A stretch of DNA of 64,000 nucleotides, from contig OX597819.1 in assembly GCA_951406725.2 (NCBI GenBank), forward strand, positions 70,928,001 to 70,992,000, given 5' to 3'. Position 1 is the stretch's first letter, and each line of letters starts with the position of its first letter. Source of the DNA: Octopus vulgaris (Eukaryota). The notes under the pieces are model-generated. The model had not been told where the DNA came from and did not search any database. It saw only the letters and a program-made list of their open reading frames with translations. Below, in pieces: positions 23,912-36,941 of the stretch. The position numbers and the translations under genes are program-made.

Positions 23912-26476
23912 GTAATTTAATTTGAATAAAATTCCAATATTTATGTTGTATAAAACTCCTCTGATCAATGATTCTGTAACCCTTTCGTAACCATATTTCT
24001 GTTGAGATGCTTTCTGTTTCTTTCATTTAATTTTAAATATGACAAAGAATTTAGTAAAATAACTTAGTTATCATTCAGCTAGTGTTAGCAACGTAAATTG
24101 TGACTAAGGTTTGGTGGAAGATTTTAATTCAAAACTTATGAAAATAAGACATTTGCACTCAGAGCCTGAACCAGTTTCAGCTGGGCTGGTAGTGATAATC
24201 AATAATATAAAGAATAACATTTGAGTTTCTTTTTATATATACTGGGTTTATATACTTATGAAAACAAGACATTTGTACTCAGAGCCAGAGCTGGTTTCAG
24301 CCAGGTTGGTAACGAAAGGGTTAAATGTCCACTTTGCTATCTAAGCAGAAGTTTTACACAGTTGCAAAATTGTTTTTCAGTCTACTGTAACATTTATTTT
24401 CTTTCTGAGATTGCAGAAGCTAACTGCTTAATTTTGGGTTATTTTTTTACGAGACACTATATGTCCATTCAGCCAAATGTTATAAATTCGCTTGCTTATC
24501 TGACTTGTACAAGGGAAAAGAGCTTTTGCTTCAATTAATTTGAAAATAACGAAGAATTCAATGAAATAATTTTGTCATTATTAAACTGGGTGTTGAAGGA
24601 AGTGAAGCTGGCCGAATTGTTAATGCACCGGACAAAATGTTCTGAGTTCAAATTCAACCGAGGTTGAGCTGACCTTTCATCTTTTGGGGTCAATGAAAGA
24701 AGTACCAGTTGAACACTGGGGTTGATGTAATCAACTAACCCTGTCCCCCAAAATTTCAGGCCTTGAGTCTATAGTAGAAAGGACTATTAAACTGGTGTTA
24801 GTACCCAGATTAACATGGAAATTTAAGGGAACGTTTTGATCTCAACCACATTTAAACAGAAACTTGGTATCACACAACAAGGAGTGGTCTTTGGTAGTTT
24901 GGTATCAGAAGAGTGAAAGAAACTTGTTGGGATGGAATTAAAGGAAACTCTTTGGAAATGGCTGTGTGAATAAAAATTGAAATTCTTAATTGTCATTTTA
25001 GTAGTCCTTCACTTCCTATAGTCTTGGGCTAAATGGAATGGTCCCAGTTTCAAAATTAAGAAATCTAATATGAGTTCTTGAATGACTCTGGTTCTTTGGT
25101 ATTGTTTCATTTTGAAAAATTAGATATTCTCTTATCCTTGCACTGTCTGCCTGATTGACTCCCGTGCTGGTGGCACGTAAAAAGCACCACCCGTATGTGC
25201 TCGATGCCAGTTCACCCTGACTGGCTCCCGTGCTGGTGGCATGTAAAAAGCACCATCCAAACATGGTTGATGCCAGTGCCCACCAACTGGCTCCCATGCC
25301 GGTGGCACGTAAAAAGTACCCACTACAGTCTCAAAGTGGTTGGTGTTAGGAAGGGCATCCAACTGTAGAAACATTGCCGGATCAGATTGGAGCCTGGTGC
25401 AGCCACTAGCTTTCCAGACCTCAGTCAAACCATCCAACCTATGCCAGCATGGAAAACATGTTAAATGATGATGATGATGATGAATCAAAATCCTACTCAG
25501 TTTGTGTGTATATGTGACTGTGTCAAGTCACAGTGGAAAAGTCCATATTTTGTCACCAATATTACATTCTGTCTGTGGCCAGAAGAATTTATTCTCAGAT
25601 GATTAGCCCTAAGCCGATGACTTTGGATAGCTTGATCCTTTAATGTCCATGTTCCCTGCTGGTATGGTTTGGATGGTTGGACAGCATCCAACAGGTTCAA
25701 AGACAGCATTTGTGCTCCAATGGTTGCTTTGGCATGGTTTCTATAGCTGGATGCTCTTCCTAACACCCACTACTTAACGATATGTACGGGGTGACTTTTG
25801 CATGGCACCAGCACTAGTGAGGTTGCCATGTAGTTTGCAAGACTAAGATCCCCTTTGAGTGAGTGGTGCTTCAGTAGAGAAGGAGGCAGATGGTGGGTTT
25901 AAAATGTGAGAGAAGGGAATAGTTGTTGTAGAGGAGCTACATAGTTTGTCACGTTATAGAAGAGAGGGTGGTTGGGATTTGGGTTTAGAGCTGGGGAGAG
26001 AGAAAAAAAAGTAGTGTTGATGTACTGAATTCAGTTATCTGAGAAAACCTATCTCTCATACACCTGCTTCCTGTATGAGATGAGAGTAATTTCATTTGTT
26101 TAATGAGGTAGCAGAAATTGGAAATAAACTCTGACTCTATTGTACCTCATCATCGTTGTCATCATTTAATGTCCGTTGTCCATGCTGGCATGGGTTGGAC
26201 AGTATGACCGGGGCTGGCAAGCTGGAATGCTGCTCCAGACTCCAGTCTAATTTGGCATGGTTTCTACAGCTGGATGCCCTTCCTAACACCAACCACTCCG
26301 AGAGTGTAATGGGTGCTTTCACGTGACACCAGTATCTGCCACAACTGCAATTTTTACTTGGCTTAATGGGTCTTCTCAAGCACGACATGATGCCAAAGGT
26401 CTGGATTTTTACATATGTATGTATGCATGAGTAAGTATTTATATAAATAACTGTAGTATTTGTGTTTTTCTTTCAG

Positions 26477-26609
26477 ACATGACCAATGCTGTTGTGAATG
26501 ACTCTCTTCTTTCTCGTCGTATTTCTTTCAAAAAATCATTGAGAGAGTCATTCCGGCGCTTAAGAAAATCCCGTGCTAACAGACGAGAGAAAATGAAAAA
26601 AGAAAAATG
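26477..26609 (+). CDS. lgl: Lgl exon 13, polybasic/aPKC phosphorylation segment (SRRISFKKSLRESFRRLRKSRANRREKMKKEK)
   Basis: tttcag acceptor; weak TG|gtagat donor whose phase 2 matches the exon at 44102; three conserved serines. Confidence 0.93.
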
Positions 26610-29600
26610 GTAGATATTACTTCTTTTCACTTTTTTTTGATTTATCAGAATATTTATGATGCTTTTAATTTACAAGAAAAGACTTTTTTTATATATCTAT
26701 TTTGTCAAATTAACGTGCATATCTTAGAGTTTCTGATATCATCTTATAGTCTGTAGGTATATCCTATCTGTTAATATTATATTTGATTCATAAATTAGCA
26801 CTCCTACACATTACATGTACACACATACACACATCATCATCATTTAATGTTCCCTTTTCTGTGTTGGCTTCTGTTTGACATTTTGAGAAGAACAGATGAG
26901 CCAGAGGGCTGTGCCTAGATTCTACATCTTCTTTAGATTGGTTTCAATAGCTAGATGCCCATTCTAACACCAACCACTTTAACAGAGTGTACTGGGTGCT
27001 TTTTATGTGGCACCAGCACCAGTGAGGTCACCAAGCACCCACAAGACACTGAGTTGGAGGAATAAGAAACTATCATAGAAGGAAAAGGGCAGGTATTTTG
27101 CTGAGAGAATACATGGTTTGCCTACTTAGAGAGAGAGGTCCATATACAAGGGGGATATGAGAGGGAATCTGAAAGATGCTGGCATAGATTAGAATCTGGC
27201 AGGTCCAAGAACTGTGTTGTGCTCTACTGTCTTCTTTGGCATGATTGCTACAACCAAATGCTCTTCCTAAAACCATTCATTTTATAGAATATATTGGGTA
27301 CTTTTTCCCTGCACCAACACTGGTGAGGTCACCTTGTAAAAAAATAAGGTATCTTTTGACTGAGTGGGACTACAGTTAAGAAGGAGGTATCTTTATACTA
27401 AGTGTCTAGAGATTAACACATTAACTGCCACACGTGCCACTGGTGGTTCATTGCAAACTTCATGCAAACATCTTTATGCATGACTTTTAGTACAGTTTTG
27501 TAATTTGAGACGATATTTTATTCTGTGTCTTTGACATGGTTTGGAGAATATTTAAATAACATTAGTGCTAAATGTTAAAGTTTAATTATGAAATATTGTA
27601 AAAATGCAAAAATATTATATTTCCTTGTAATTGAACAGTATGCAGTGTGATCAGAAATATGTGACGTCACTACCAACGACGCTAAATATTTCCAGTAAGA
27701 AGCTGTGGCAGTTAGCATGTCCGAGTATGAATGGACTGGAACAGGTTTCTTACTGTAGAGATGATATATATAGCTTCTCACATTATACAAGGGTAGACGA
27801 GAGAAAACAGTCTGGGACAGGAAAGGGCGGTATATATGGGGGGTTGATGAGGTATTAGAGTGGGTCCTCAATGTACAATAAGTTGAGCCAAAGTGAATGG
27901 GGACAGAAGACATCCCTGCATGAAAAACAAGTTATTTCACCAATCATATTGATTGATTCACATCATTATTAGATTTTGTTTTTATTTTGTATTTTTTGTT
28001 TTATAAAGTGGAGATATTGTCTTGAGCATGTCCCTTCATTACTAAGCTTTTACTTCTAGTTGCAGCAATTAGTTTTGTATACTTTGATGTTTTTGACTCA
28101 TTTTTCTCAAATTTTGTTATGTAAGAAATTGGTTCGGATGCCCAGTTTATTATCATTTACTCAATTACCATCTTTTCACAACAATAGATCTGTTCCTTTC
28201 CCTTGTTCTCTTTTCCGCTTTGCATTCTTCAAGACAACAATGCAGGGGCCATGAAAAGCACCCAGTGTTTGGTAATCAGTCCAAATAGCATCAACACAGG
28301 GCTTGAGAGGATTTTTTAGTCTTACTGATGGCAAGTACTGGTGTCATTACTTTGCTTGGAAACAGGTGAGGGTTGATAGCAGGAAGGGCATCTGGCTGTA
28401 AAAAAAAAAAAATCTGCCTCAATAAAGTTTGTCTGACCCATAGTAGCATAGATAAGTGGAGCATTAAAACAATATTGAGAGTACCTCTTTTTTATGAAAT
28501 GGTTACTCTTCACAAGGGCGTTCAGCTTTTAAAAGCTCAATTTCTCTGCAAATGTTAAGGTTTACAGACTTCATCTGATGCCAGTATTAAAAGATGACTG
28601 CAGATGATGGTGAAAATCATCATTTTAATGTCCACTGTTTTATGCTTTCATGGATTGGATGCACTAGGTTGTGGCAGATTTTCTTTGGCTGGATGCTCTT
28701 CCTGTCACCGACTCTTTCCTGATTCCAAGCACAGTAATGTTTCCTCATAGTCAGACAGGCTTTCTCAGAATATTGGAAATGAATGACTTTTATGAAAAGC
28801 CTGCATTGTTAAGACAAAGAGACACAAACATACACACACTCACATCCTACAAACATACAGTACGTATATGATGGGCTTCTTTCAGTTTCTGTCAACTAAA
28901 TCCACTCACAAGGCTTTAGTAGAAGGGACTTGCCCATGTTGTCTGTCAAGCAGTGAGACTGATCTCAAAGCCATGTGATTGGGAAGCAAACTTCTTAACC
29001 ACAGAGCTATGCCTGGGTCTATAGCTAGCAAGAATTCATCATCATCCTTCAACATCCATCTTCCATGGTGTGAATATTAACATAATTAAAAAAAAACATA
29101 AATAACAACTAGGATAAATAACTTGGTTGTCATCATCATCTTTTAACATCCGTCTTCCGTGCTGACAGGAGCTGACAAGGCAGGTTTTCTGCGGTTGGAT
29201 CATCATCATCATCATTTAACATCTGTTGTCCATGCTGACATGGGTTGGACAGTTTGACCAAGGCTGGTAAACTAGAAGACTGCACCAGACCCCAGTCTGA
29301 TTTGGTATGGTTTCTATGTTTGGATGCCCTTCCTAATGCCAACCACTCTAAGAGTGTAATGGGTGCTTTTACGTGCCATAGGCACAGGTGCTATTTGCGT
29401 GACACCGGTATCTGCCATGACTGTGATTTTACTTGGCTTGATCTCCTTCTCAAGCACGACATAATGCCAAAGTTCTTGCTCATTGCCTCTGTGAGGCCCA
29501 ACACTCAGAAGGAGCTTTTCACGTCTCCAACATCAGCCACTTTGCCTCAGTGAGGCCCAACGCTTGAAAAGTGCTCTTTACATGCCACCAGCACGGATGC

Positions 29601-30981
29601 TAGTTACACGGCATCAGCCATGACCAAATGTGCTCGTAATATTTAATGTAATGAGCTTTCATTAAGTTAATTGAAAATAGTTATACGGCAATTAGCTTCA
29701 TGACTAATTTATATTTGAATTATTTTGGCAAGTGTGGCTAGCAACTCTGATCATATTCTAGAGTTTTATTTTTGACGTCCTCGAATAAAGCATCGACTTT
29801 ATCATACTTTCTCAAAAAATGAGAGAATCTTATGATAGATATACAAAAAGTAACGTATACATATTGGTATGAAGATAAGCATACTTAAAGGATATCAGTA
29901 ACAACTGGGATAAATGACTCGGTTATTATCATTCTTGTTTAACATCCCCTTTTCTATGCTGGCATAGGTTGGATAGGTCAACAGGATCTGATGATCCAGA
30001 GGGCAGTGCCAAGCTCCAATGTCTGCCTCGGCAGTGCTGCTGTTGCTGGATGCTCTTCCTGACTGCAACAACTTTACTGAGTGTGGACCGGGGGTGGGGG
30101 TTGTGACCCCAGCTCTGGCGAGGTCACCAAGTAATTTGCAAGACAGAGAAAAGACTCTCTTTGACTGAGAAAGGTTTTTCACAGAGGAAAAGAAGAGAAG
30201 ATGGCTTTGTGCCAAATGCTGAGAGGCTGAGATATGAAAGAGGGATGGGAACAAGTGCTTTGCTACAGAGGTGATGCATGGCTAACCCAACAAGAAAGAG
30301 AGAAGAGACGTGGTGATGAGATGTCAGGGAAACACCACCATCAGAGTACAAGAATGTGGCTAAAGAGTGAATAGGGACAAAAAAAGAAAAAAAAAAATCA
30401 TGGCTGACCAGGCAGATGATTAGTTTACAAGAATGTGAAAGGAGGGTGACAATGGTTAGAGCTGAGGACAGAAGAAAAAGTAGTAAGAATTACAGAATAG
30501 TTGTTTTAGATCTGATCGAGAAAACGTTGCTTTTTCTTTTTCTAATTCCCATCTTAGGATGTGTTCAGATTGTAATGTTTGCCAATTAATTAGTAAAAGA
30601 AAAGTATTTAATTTTTCAGAATTTGACAGTCTGAAGTTAGATGGGTTTTTTTTCTATTGTGTATCTGATATCATCATCATCATCATCATCATTTAACATC
30701 CATGTTCCATGCTGGCATGTCTGAGTGTGATTTAATTTCCTTTTTAATTTTGAAAAATTTTTTTTCTTTCTGTTGCATCTTGTCTTTATTATTATATTCA
30801 TTTTTGCTGTTGCTGTTTTTTTTTGTCTTTTTTTTCCCCCCTTTGCTCCTTTTTTTGAAAAAAAAAAGAAAAGAATATTTGACCTAAAATGGTGCTAAAG
30901 CATGTTGGGAGAACATGTGGCTTTCTGTGTTGTTGCTGCTATTGTTGTTGCAATGTTTATTATGCTAAAATATTTTTCCAG

Positions 30982-31008
30982 GGCCAGGCGAAATAAACGA
31001 ATGAATTG
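30982..31008 (+). CDS. lgl: Candidate 27-nt alternative microexon of Lgl (adds WARRNKRMN)
   Basis: tatttttccag|GGCCAGGCGAAATAAACGAATGAATTG|gtatgt; phase 2-2, no stop, not in a recognisable repeat. Confidence 0.55.
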
Positions 31009-33308
31009 GTATGTACAGTTCTCCCTCTCCCACCAAGCTTCACTAACTCAAAAACTCCCTTAATTTTTATTCTTCATTTATAATTGCTTGTCAACCCAAC
31101 CCTCCAAAAACTCAAATGCCTGTTTTATTATTTTAGTTGCATGCTGTTAATATGTCCATGTTACAACTAGATCTATATTAATGTTTAGATACCAATTAAA
31201 AAAAACACATAAAAATATTTCAAATAATTCTTTGAATGGGTTAAATCAGTCTGGAGCAGACTTCAGCTGGTGGGACTTCCTTAATGGCATGCCTAACAAA
31301 TATTTACCTTGAAATTTTTTTCAGTAGTGTGACCTACATGTTGATGTGCCATGTCTCATGTGGCCTGCTTCATGAAAAAGGTTGCCCATGCCTGGGTTAG
31401 ACCAAAGTCTATGTTTTATTACTATTATTGTTATTCTTATTGCATGCAGTTGAGAGGGTTATTTTGGTCTTCTCTGTCTTTAATGTTGAGGTCATCCAAT
31501 TTTGGTTACTTGGTTACAAATTTATCATCAAATGTTAATACATGTTATAATATCCACATGTGGCTTGAAACTTTTCTGTTGACATTATAAATACCTGGAA
31601 TTAGTCAGTTTCTTATAATTCTTAGCATTTTTTATGAGTAAAAGGCACAGGTATGGATGTTGCTTCCCAACCAGATGGTTTTGGATTCAGTCCCTGTGTG
31701 TGGTACCTTGGGCAAGTATTTTCTCCTATAGCACCAGGCCAACCAAAGCCTTGTCACACACACAATGGATTTCTTTCAGTTCCCATCTACCACATTCGCT
31801 CACAAATTTGGCTGGCCAGAGACTATAGCAAAAGGCCCTTCCCAAAGGTGCCACACAATGAGACTGTGCCCCAAACCATTGTGATTGGGAAGCAAACTTC
31901 TTAATGACACAGTTATGACTCTGTTTCATTTAATTTATTGATTAGTTACCAAAATTTCTTCTGCAAATGTCCAAAGTTTCCAGACAAAATTTAATCATTG
32001 AGTTAAGGAATTTATGAAAATATTTGAAGAATTTATTTAGTGAAGAAACTTTTTCATAATTAAGGTAGTATTTGGAACCTAAATTAACACAAAACCTTGA
32101 TGGAGGGTTTTAGTTTAGATAAGTTTAACCCTTTCATTACTGTATTTATTTTGAGATGCTCTATTTTTCTCTCAATTATTTTAGATATAACATAGAATTT
32201 AGTAAAATAATTTAGTTATCATTAGGCTAGTGTTAGGAACATATATTGTGGCTAAGGTTTGGGGAAAGATTTTAATTCAAAACTTAGGAAAACAAGACAT
32301 TTGTACTAGAGCCAGAGATGTTTCAGCCAGGTTGGTAACGAAAGAGTTAACCCTTCAGCAGTCAGATTGCTCTGTCAAAAGTATTGCTTATTTATCCACA
32401 TTGTTTTTGAATTAATCCCACTTTTTCTCATAGATCAAGGTTTCAATGATACAGTTTTTACTTTTTAGAATGACATTGTAATATAGGTGTAGTTTGAACA
32501 TTTGGCTAGTTTGAATATTTTGGCTGGATATGGCTAGTTAAACACTAAAGGGTTTAAAGAGGAAATTTGTATGAAAAAAACAGGTGGTTTCCATCAGGTT
32601 GGTATCGAAACGGTTAACCCGTTTGTTACCATATTTCTGATGAAATTCACTGTCTTTATTTGAATACATTTTGAAAATAACAAAAAATCTATTTAGTAAA
32701 ATAACTTTTGTTGTAGTTAATCACGTATTTGTTACATAAATCAATACAAAATTTTAATAGGTCTTAATTTAGATAATTTTACAACGGAAAGCTTATATCA
32801 TATAACCAGGGGTAGGTTGGTATCAAAAAGGTTATAGTTTTTTTTTCTTTTAAGTAGTTTAATTATTATCACTAATTAAGCTTTCTAAACAAGCACACCC
32901 TATTATATCCAGTGATGCAGTATTGTTTCTCTTGATGTACCTTAAATAAATTCAATTAATTGCATTTAATGTAATCCCTGTGTAGTTTGTTACTTACCAA
33001 TGGTAGTTGTAGTAGCATTAGTAGTAGTAGTAGTAGCACTAATAGTTTTGTGTTGTAGTAATATTACTTTGATTGGATGAAAGATTATCCAATTATTTCA
33101 GTGTAATAATGTGCACAACGATTCACAATTAAAAAAAAAAATTTTGTTTAATTTCATTCCTTTGAAATTTTCACAAGTCAATAACTCTTAAAAGGATTAG
33201 CTTAGCTTCGATAACGTGTGTGCCTATGTATTTTTGCATATGTAAACGAGTGCGTGCGTGTGTGTTTATGCATGTAGATGTGTGTGTGTATGTGTTTATG
33301 CATGTAGA

Positions 33309-33358
<50 letters not shown>

Positions 33359-34029
33359 TACAGGGTGTCCATAAGTTGCTTTACAATTTAATGTCTGGAA
33401 GTGTAAGATTTGTAAAGATGTTTTATGGATACCTTGTATATCTGTGTGTATGTGTGCATGCATGCATGTATGTGTATCTGTTGCTGTATTTCACGCACAT
33501 ACAGAAGATGTTCTGTATTATGTCTACAGTTTATGTCTGACCGGCATCGATTCTATTGCATGCTCCAGCCTTCCTCAGAGTTCTTGTGTTGAATTCAGTT
33601 GTATTGGACACCTGAAGAAGGTTGGCGCACACAACAGCCAAAATATCTAAAAGCAAGAATCAAGATGAGGTGAACACCAGTCAGACCAACATAAATGGTT
33701 TACATAATTATAATTTCCTCACCTCACAAATATAGAATTCTAAGATGTTCTGTAATGAGTGCAAATACTGAACAGGGTGGGGTAGACATTTTATATTCCA
33801 GCTTCACCAAACAGGAAATAGACAAAGAAGACACAGCGATAATGTTCATTTCTTACACCATTTTCCCTGTACACATTAATGCAGTCTATGGCAATGGATC
33901 AGCAACTGACTTGTGGTATTTCTATTATGAAACCTAGCACGGTTTAAGCCACAATCGTTTGTTTGTTGTATGTCTATTCTTTCATGCTGGCTTGGGTTAG
34001 ACGTTTGTGTGTGTATATGTGTATGTGAA

Positions 34030-34320
34030 AGCACGTGGCTTAGTGGTTAGGGCACTCTGCTAATGATCGGTGCCGTGTCCTTCAGCAAGACACTTTATTT
34101 CACGTAGCTCCAGTCCACTCAGCTGGCAAAAATGAGTAGTAACTGTATTTCAAAGGGCCAGCCTTGTCACACTGTGTCATGCTGAATCTCCCTGAGAACT
34201 ACAATATGGGTACACGTGTCTGTGGAGTGCTCAGCCACTTGCACGTTAATTTCATGAGCAAGCTGTTCCATTGATCGTATTAGCTGGGACTCTTGTCGTT
34301 GTAACTGACGGAGTGCTCCC
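34030..34320 (+). mobile_element. tRNA-derived SINE family D
   Basis: GTGGCTTAGTGGTTAGGG head, GTGTCCTTCAGCAAGACACTTTATTTCAC body; homologous copies at 5549-5860 and about 37830-37970. Confidence 0.8.
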
Positions 34321-34344
34321 ATCCTATTTATATATATATATATA

Positions 34345-34831
34345 TCTATATATATAAAACTGTAGTTGTGTGAGTGTCTGTCCCCTTCGATTTAGATTCC
34401 TAACTACTCCCACATTTTGCGGTGCAGTTTAACCAAATTTGGGTATCTTATAGTCGTAATTCATATCGAGCCCATCTGGCTATTAGCGCGCGTCTACGAT
34501 AACATCATTTTTTATTCCATTTTAATGCATAATTTTTCGTGTGTCGATGGTGGCGGAGTTGGCGTTCATGGTCACACCTGCACCTGTTTGCTTGTCCCCT
34601 TCTTCCCTCCCTCGTGAAGCTGTGGGGAAGGGAGTGTAAGGAAATCAACGTCGTAAAGCGTTGTCAAGGAGACCAGCGTTCTTTTAGAACAACGACTTCA
34701 TGGCTTGAAGACACCAAAACAGAAATGGCCAAGAAAGACCGAATTGGCATCTATAAGGGAAGTAACTCTCTAAAAATGCTTATATAGTTATTTCCCTTAC
34801 AAACCCGAACAACGCCGGGCGATACTGCTAG
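34345..34831 (+). mobile_element. Non-autonomous Helitron-like element
   Basis: A|TCTATATATATAAAA 5' end, 3' CTAG|T, short GC hairpin CCCG..CGGG at 34804-34819, no TSD, CpG-rich. Confidence 0.8.
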
Positions 34832-36734
34832 TATATATATATATTTGTCTCTCAGTTTATTTCTGTGTTCCCTTCTGTTGAAGAGCATAAGCTCGAAACT
34901 TAACTTTCTCACTTCCTGAGCGTTAAACTAATACATCTGTTTGTTGTTTACACACCTGTCTTTGTCTTTTGTTTTGTTTTTGTTTTTTGTAAATTCCAGC
35001 TATATATATATGTATATATGTAGATTTATGTATATAGATATATATATGTATATAGATATGTATATGTATATAGATATGTATATGTATATAGATATATATA
35101 CATATATATATACATATATACATATAGATATATATACATATATCTATATACATATATACAGTTGCCATGATAGATCGGTAACCACTACACACAGTTTTTT
35201 CTTTCTTTGTTTCTTTGTGTTCCTTTCTGTAGAAGAGTGTAGGCTTGAAACGTAAATGACTTTTTCAATTCCTGAGTGTTATACTAATACATCTGTTTGT
35301 TTTGTACACCACCTGTCTTCGTCTTTTGTTTTTTTCGTGAACTCTCCTCCTATATACATACGTATATATATATACAGATAGATATGTATATATATGTATA
35401 TATTCTTTATTTGTGAATTAAGGCGACCATTGGTTTCATGTTAAGAAGTGTAGGAAAATATACAAGTATCTTAACAATTCACAAATAAAGACATTATTTA
35501 TCCACCAATGCAGGCTTGAGCACTCATTTTATCGTTCTATATTTACATATAGGAAATGACACATTTACTGTCAGGACACTGTGTTTCTATGCATCAGCAT
35601 AATAATTGCAGTGCTTCATCAGCTTTCACATGTTTAATACAGGAGCGAACACTGTTGGATCGACAAGATAAATATAAAAAAGGATGATAATAATCTGTGG
35701 AGTTGTGCGGGGGTGGATCTTTTGTTGAAGAAATGAGAACATTGTATGTTTAGTTTTAATATTTAATTGGTGTTATGAAATGTAGCCATTTTGAGAGCCT
35801 GCACTCCATATGTAATGTTACACATTTTTGTTGTTGTTGTTGTTCTTAAGGTGGGATGCTGGCAGAATGGTTGGCATTCTGGACAAAATGCTTAGTGCCA
35901 TTTTGTCTGTCTTAGTGTTCTTTGTTCAAATTCTGCTTAGATTGACTTTGCCTTTCATCCATTTGGGGTCAATAAAATAAGTACCAATTGAGTACTAGGG
36001 TCAATGTAATTTGACTACCTTACCCTTACAAAATAGCAGGCCTTGTGCCAAAATTTGAAACCATTGTTATAACTTTGATTGTATCATGTGTTTTACCAAA
36101 TTCTTCCGAATATAACCTGTTATCGGATTTACCAGATGAACCCACACTGTGGCTAGAAACACAGTCCAAGTCCCTACTTTACCGGGACTGATTCTGGAAA
36201 AAGGGTCTGGAAATGTGCTAAAAATGCACAGACATTAGCATTAATGGTGGTGTCACAGCATAGCTACAGCTTCTTGCTGAAACTGAAAATAGAATAACTA
36301 GAAACAAACCTAATTGCCATGTTAATTGGTTATAATTGATTGGACTCTAAGAGAAATTAATCCCAATTTTAATTTCAAAAATTTGCCTTTGATGTACATA
36401 AGGCAAAAAAACTTGTTCTGTTTTGTTTTGAGTTCATTATCCTCTTGTTTATTTACATGTTATATACATACATACACCATGAATATCAGAAGGTATGAGA
36501 GGTGAATATATTTAACCACTTTTCATCCTTGGGATTACAGACAATTCACAGCCTTCAATTTGTATTATATAATGTGTAGGATGCATATTAGTGCAGACAT
36601 GTAAATATAATTTATTTTACACTGAAATTATTACTACATGAAGAAGTATATCCAAATGGCCTTAATCCCAGTGTTGACAAATGGTTATATATATGTGTGA
36701 TATATATATATATGTATATATACACTTTTTTTAC

Positions 36735-36941
36735 TACCCACAAGGGGCTAAATACAGAGAGGACAAATGGATTAAGTCGATTATATCGACCCCAGTGCGT
36801 AACTGGTACTTATTTAATTGACCCCGAAAGGATGAAAGGCAAAGTTGACCTCGGCAGAATTTGAACTCAGAACGTAACGGCAGACGAAATACGGCTACGC
36901 ATTTTGCTTGGCGTGCCAATGTTTCTGCCAGTTCACCGCCT
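36735..36941 (-). mobile_element. SINE family C (well-preserved copy)
   Basis: Reverse complement reads GGCGGTGAACTGGCAGAAAC...GAGTTCAAATTCTGCCGAGGTCAACTTTGCCTTTCATCCTTTCGGGG; (+) copies near 18745, 24605, 35850, 51243, 61435, 61922, 62200 and 62380. Confidence 0.85.

Noticed and set aside
28234-28271. Possible small exon after a pyrimidine tract
   Set aside because: 26 or 38 nt is frameshifting, and it contains the SINE-like AAAAGCACCCAGT motif.
33359-33940. Possible mariner remnant starting TACAGGGTGTCC
   Set aside because: No matching second TIR or readable transposase motif found by eye.
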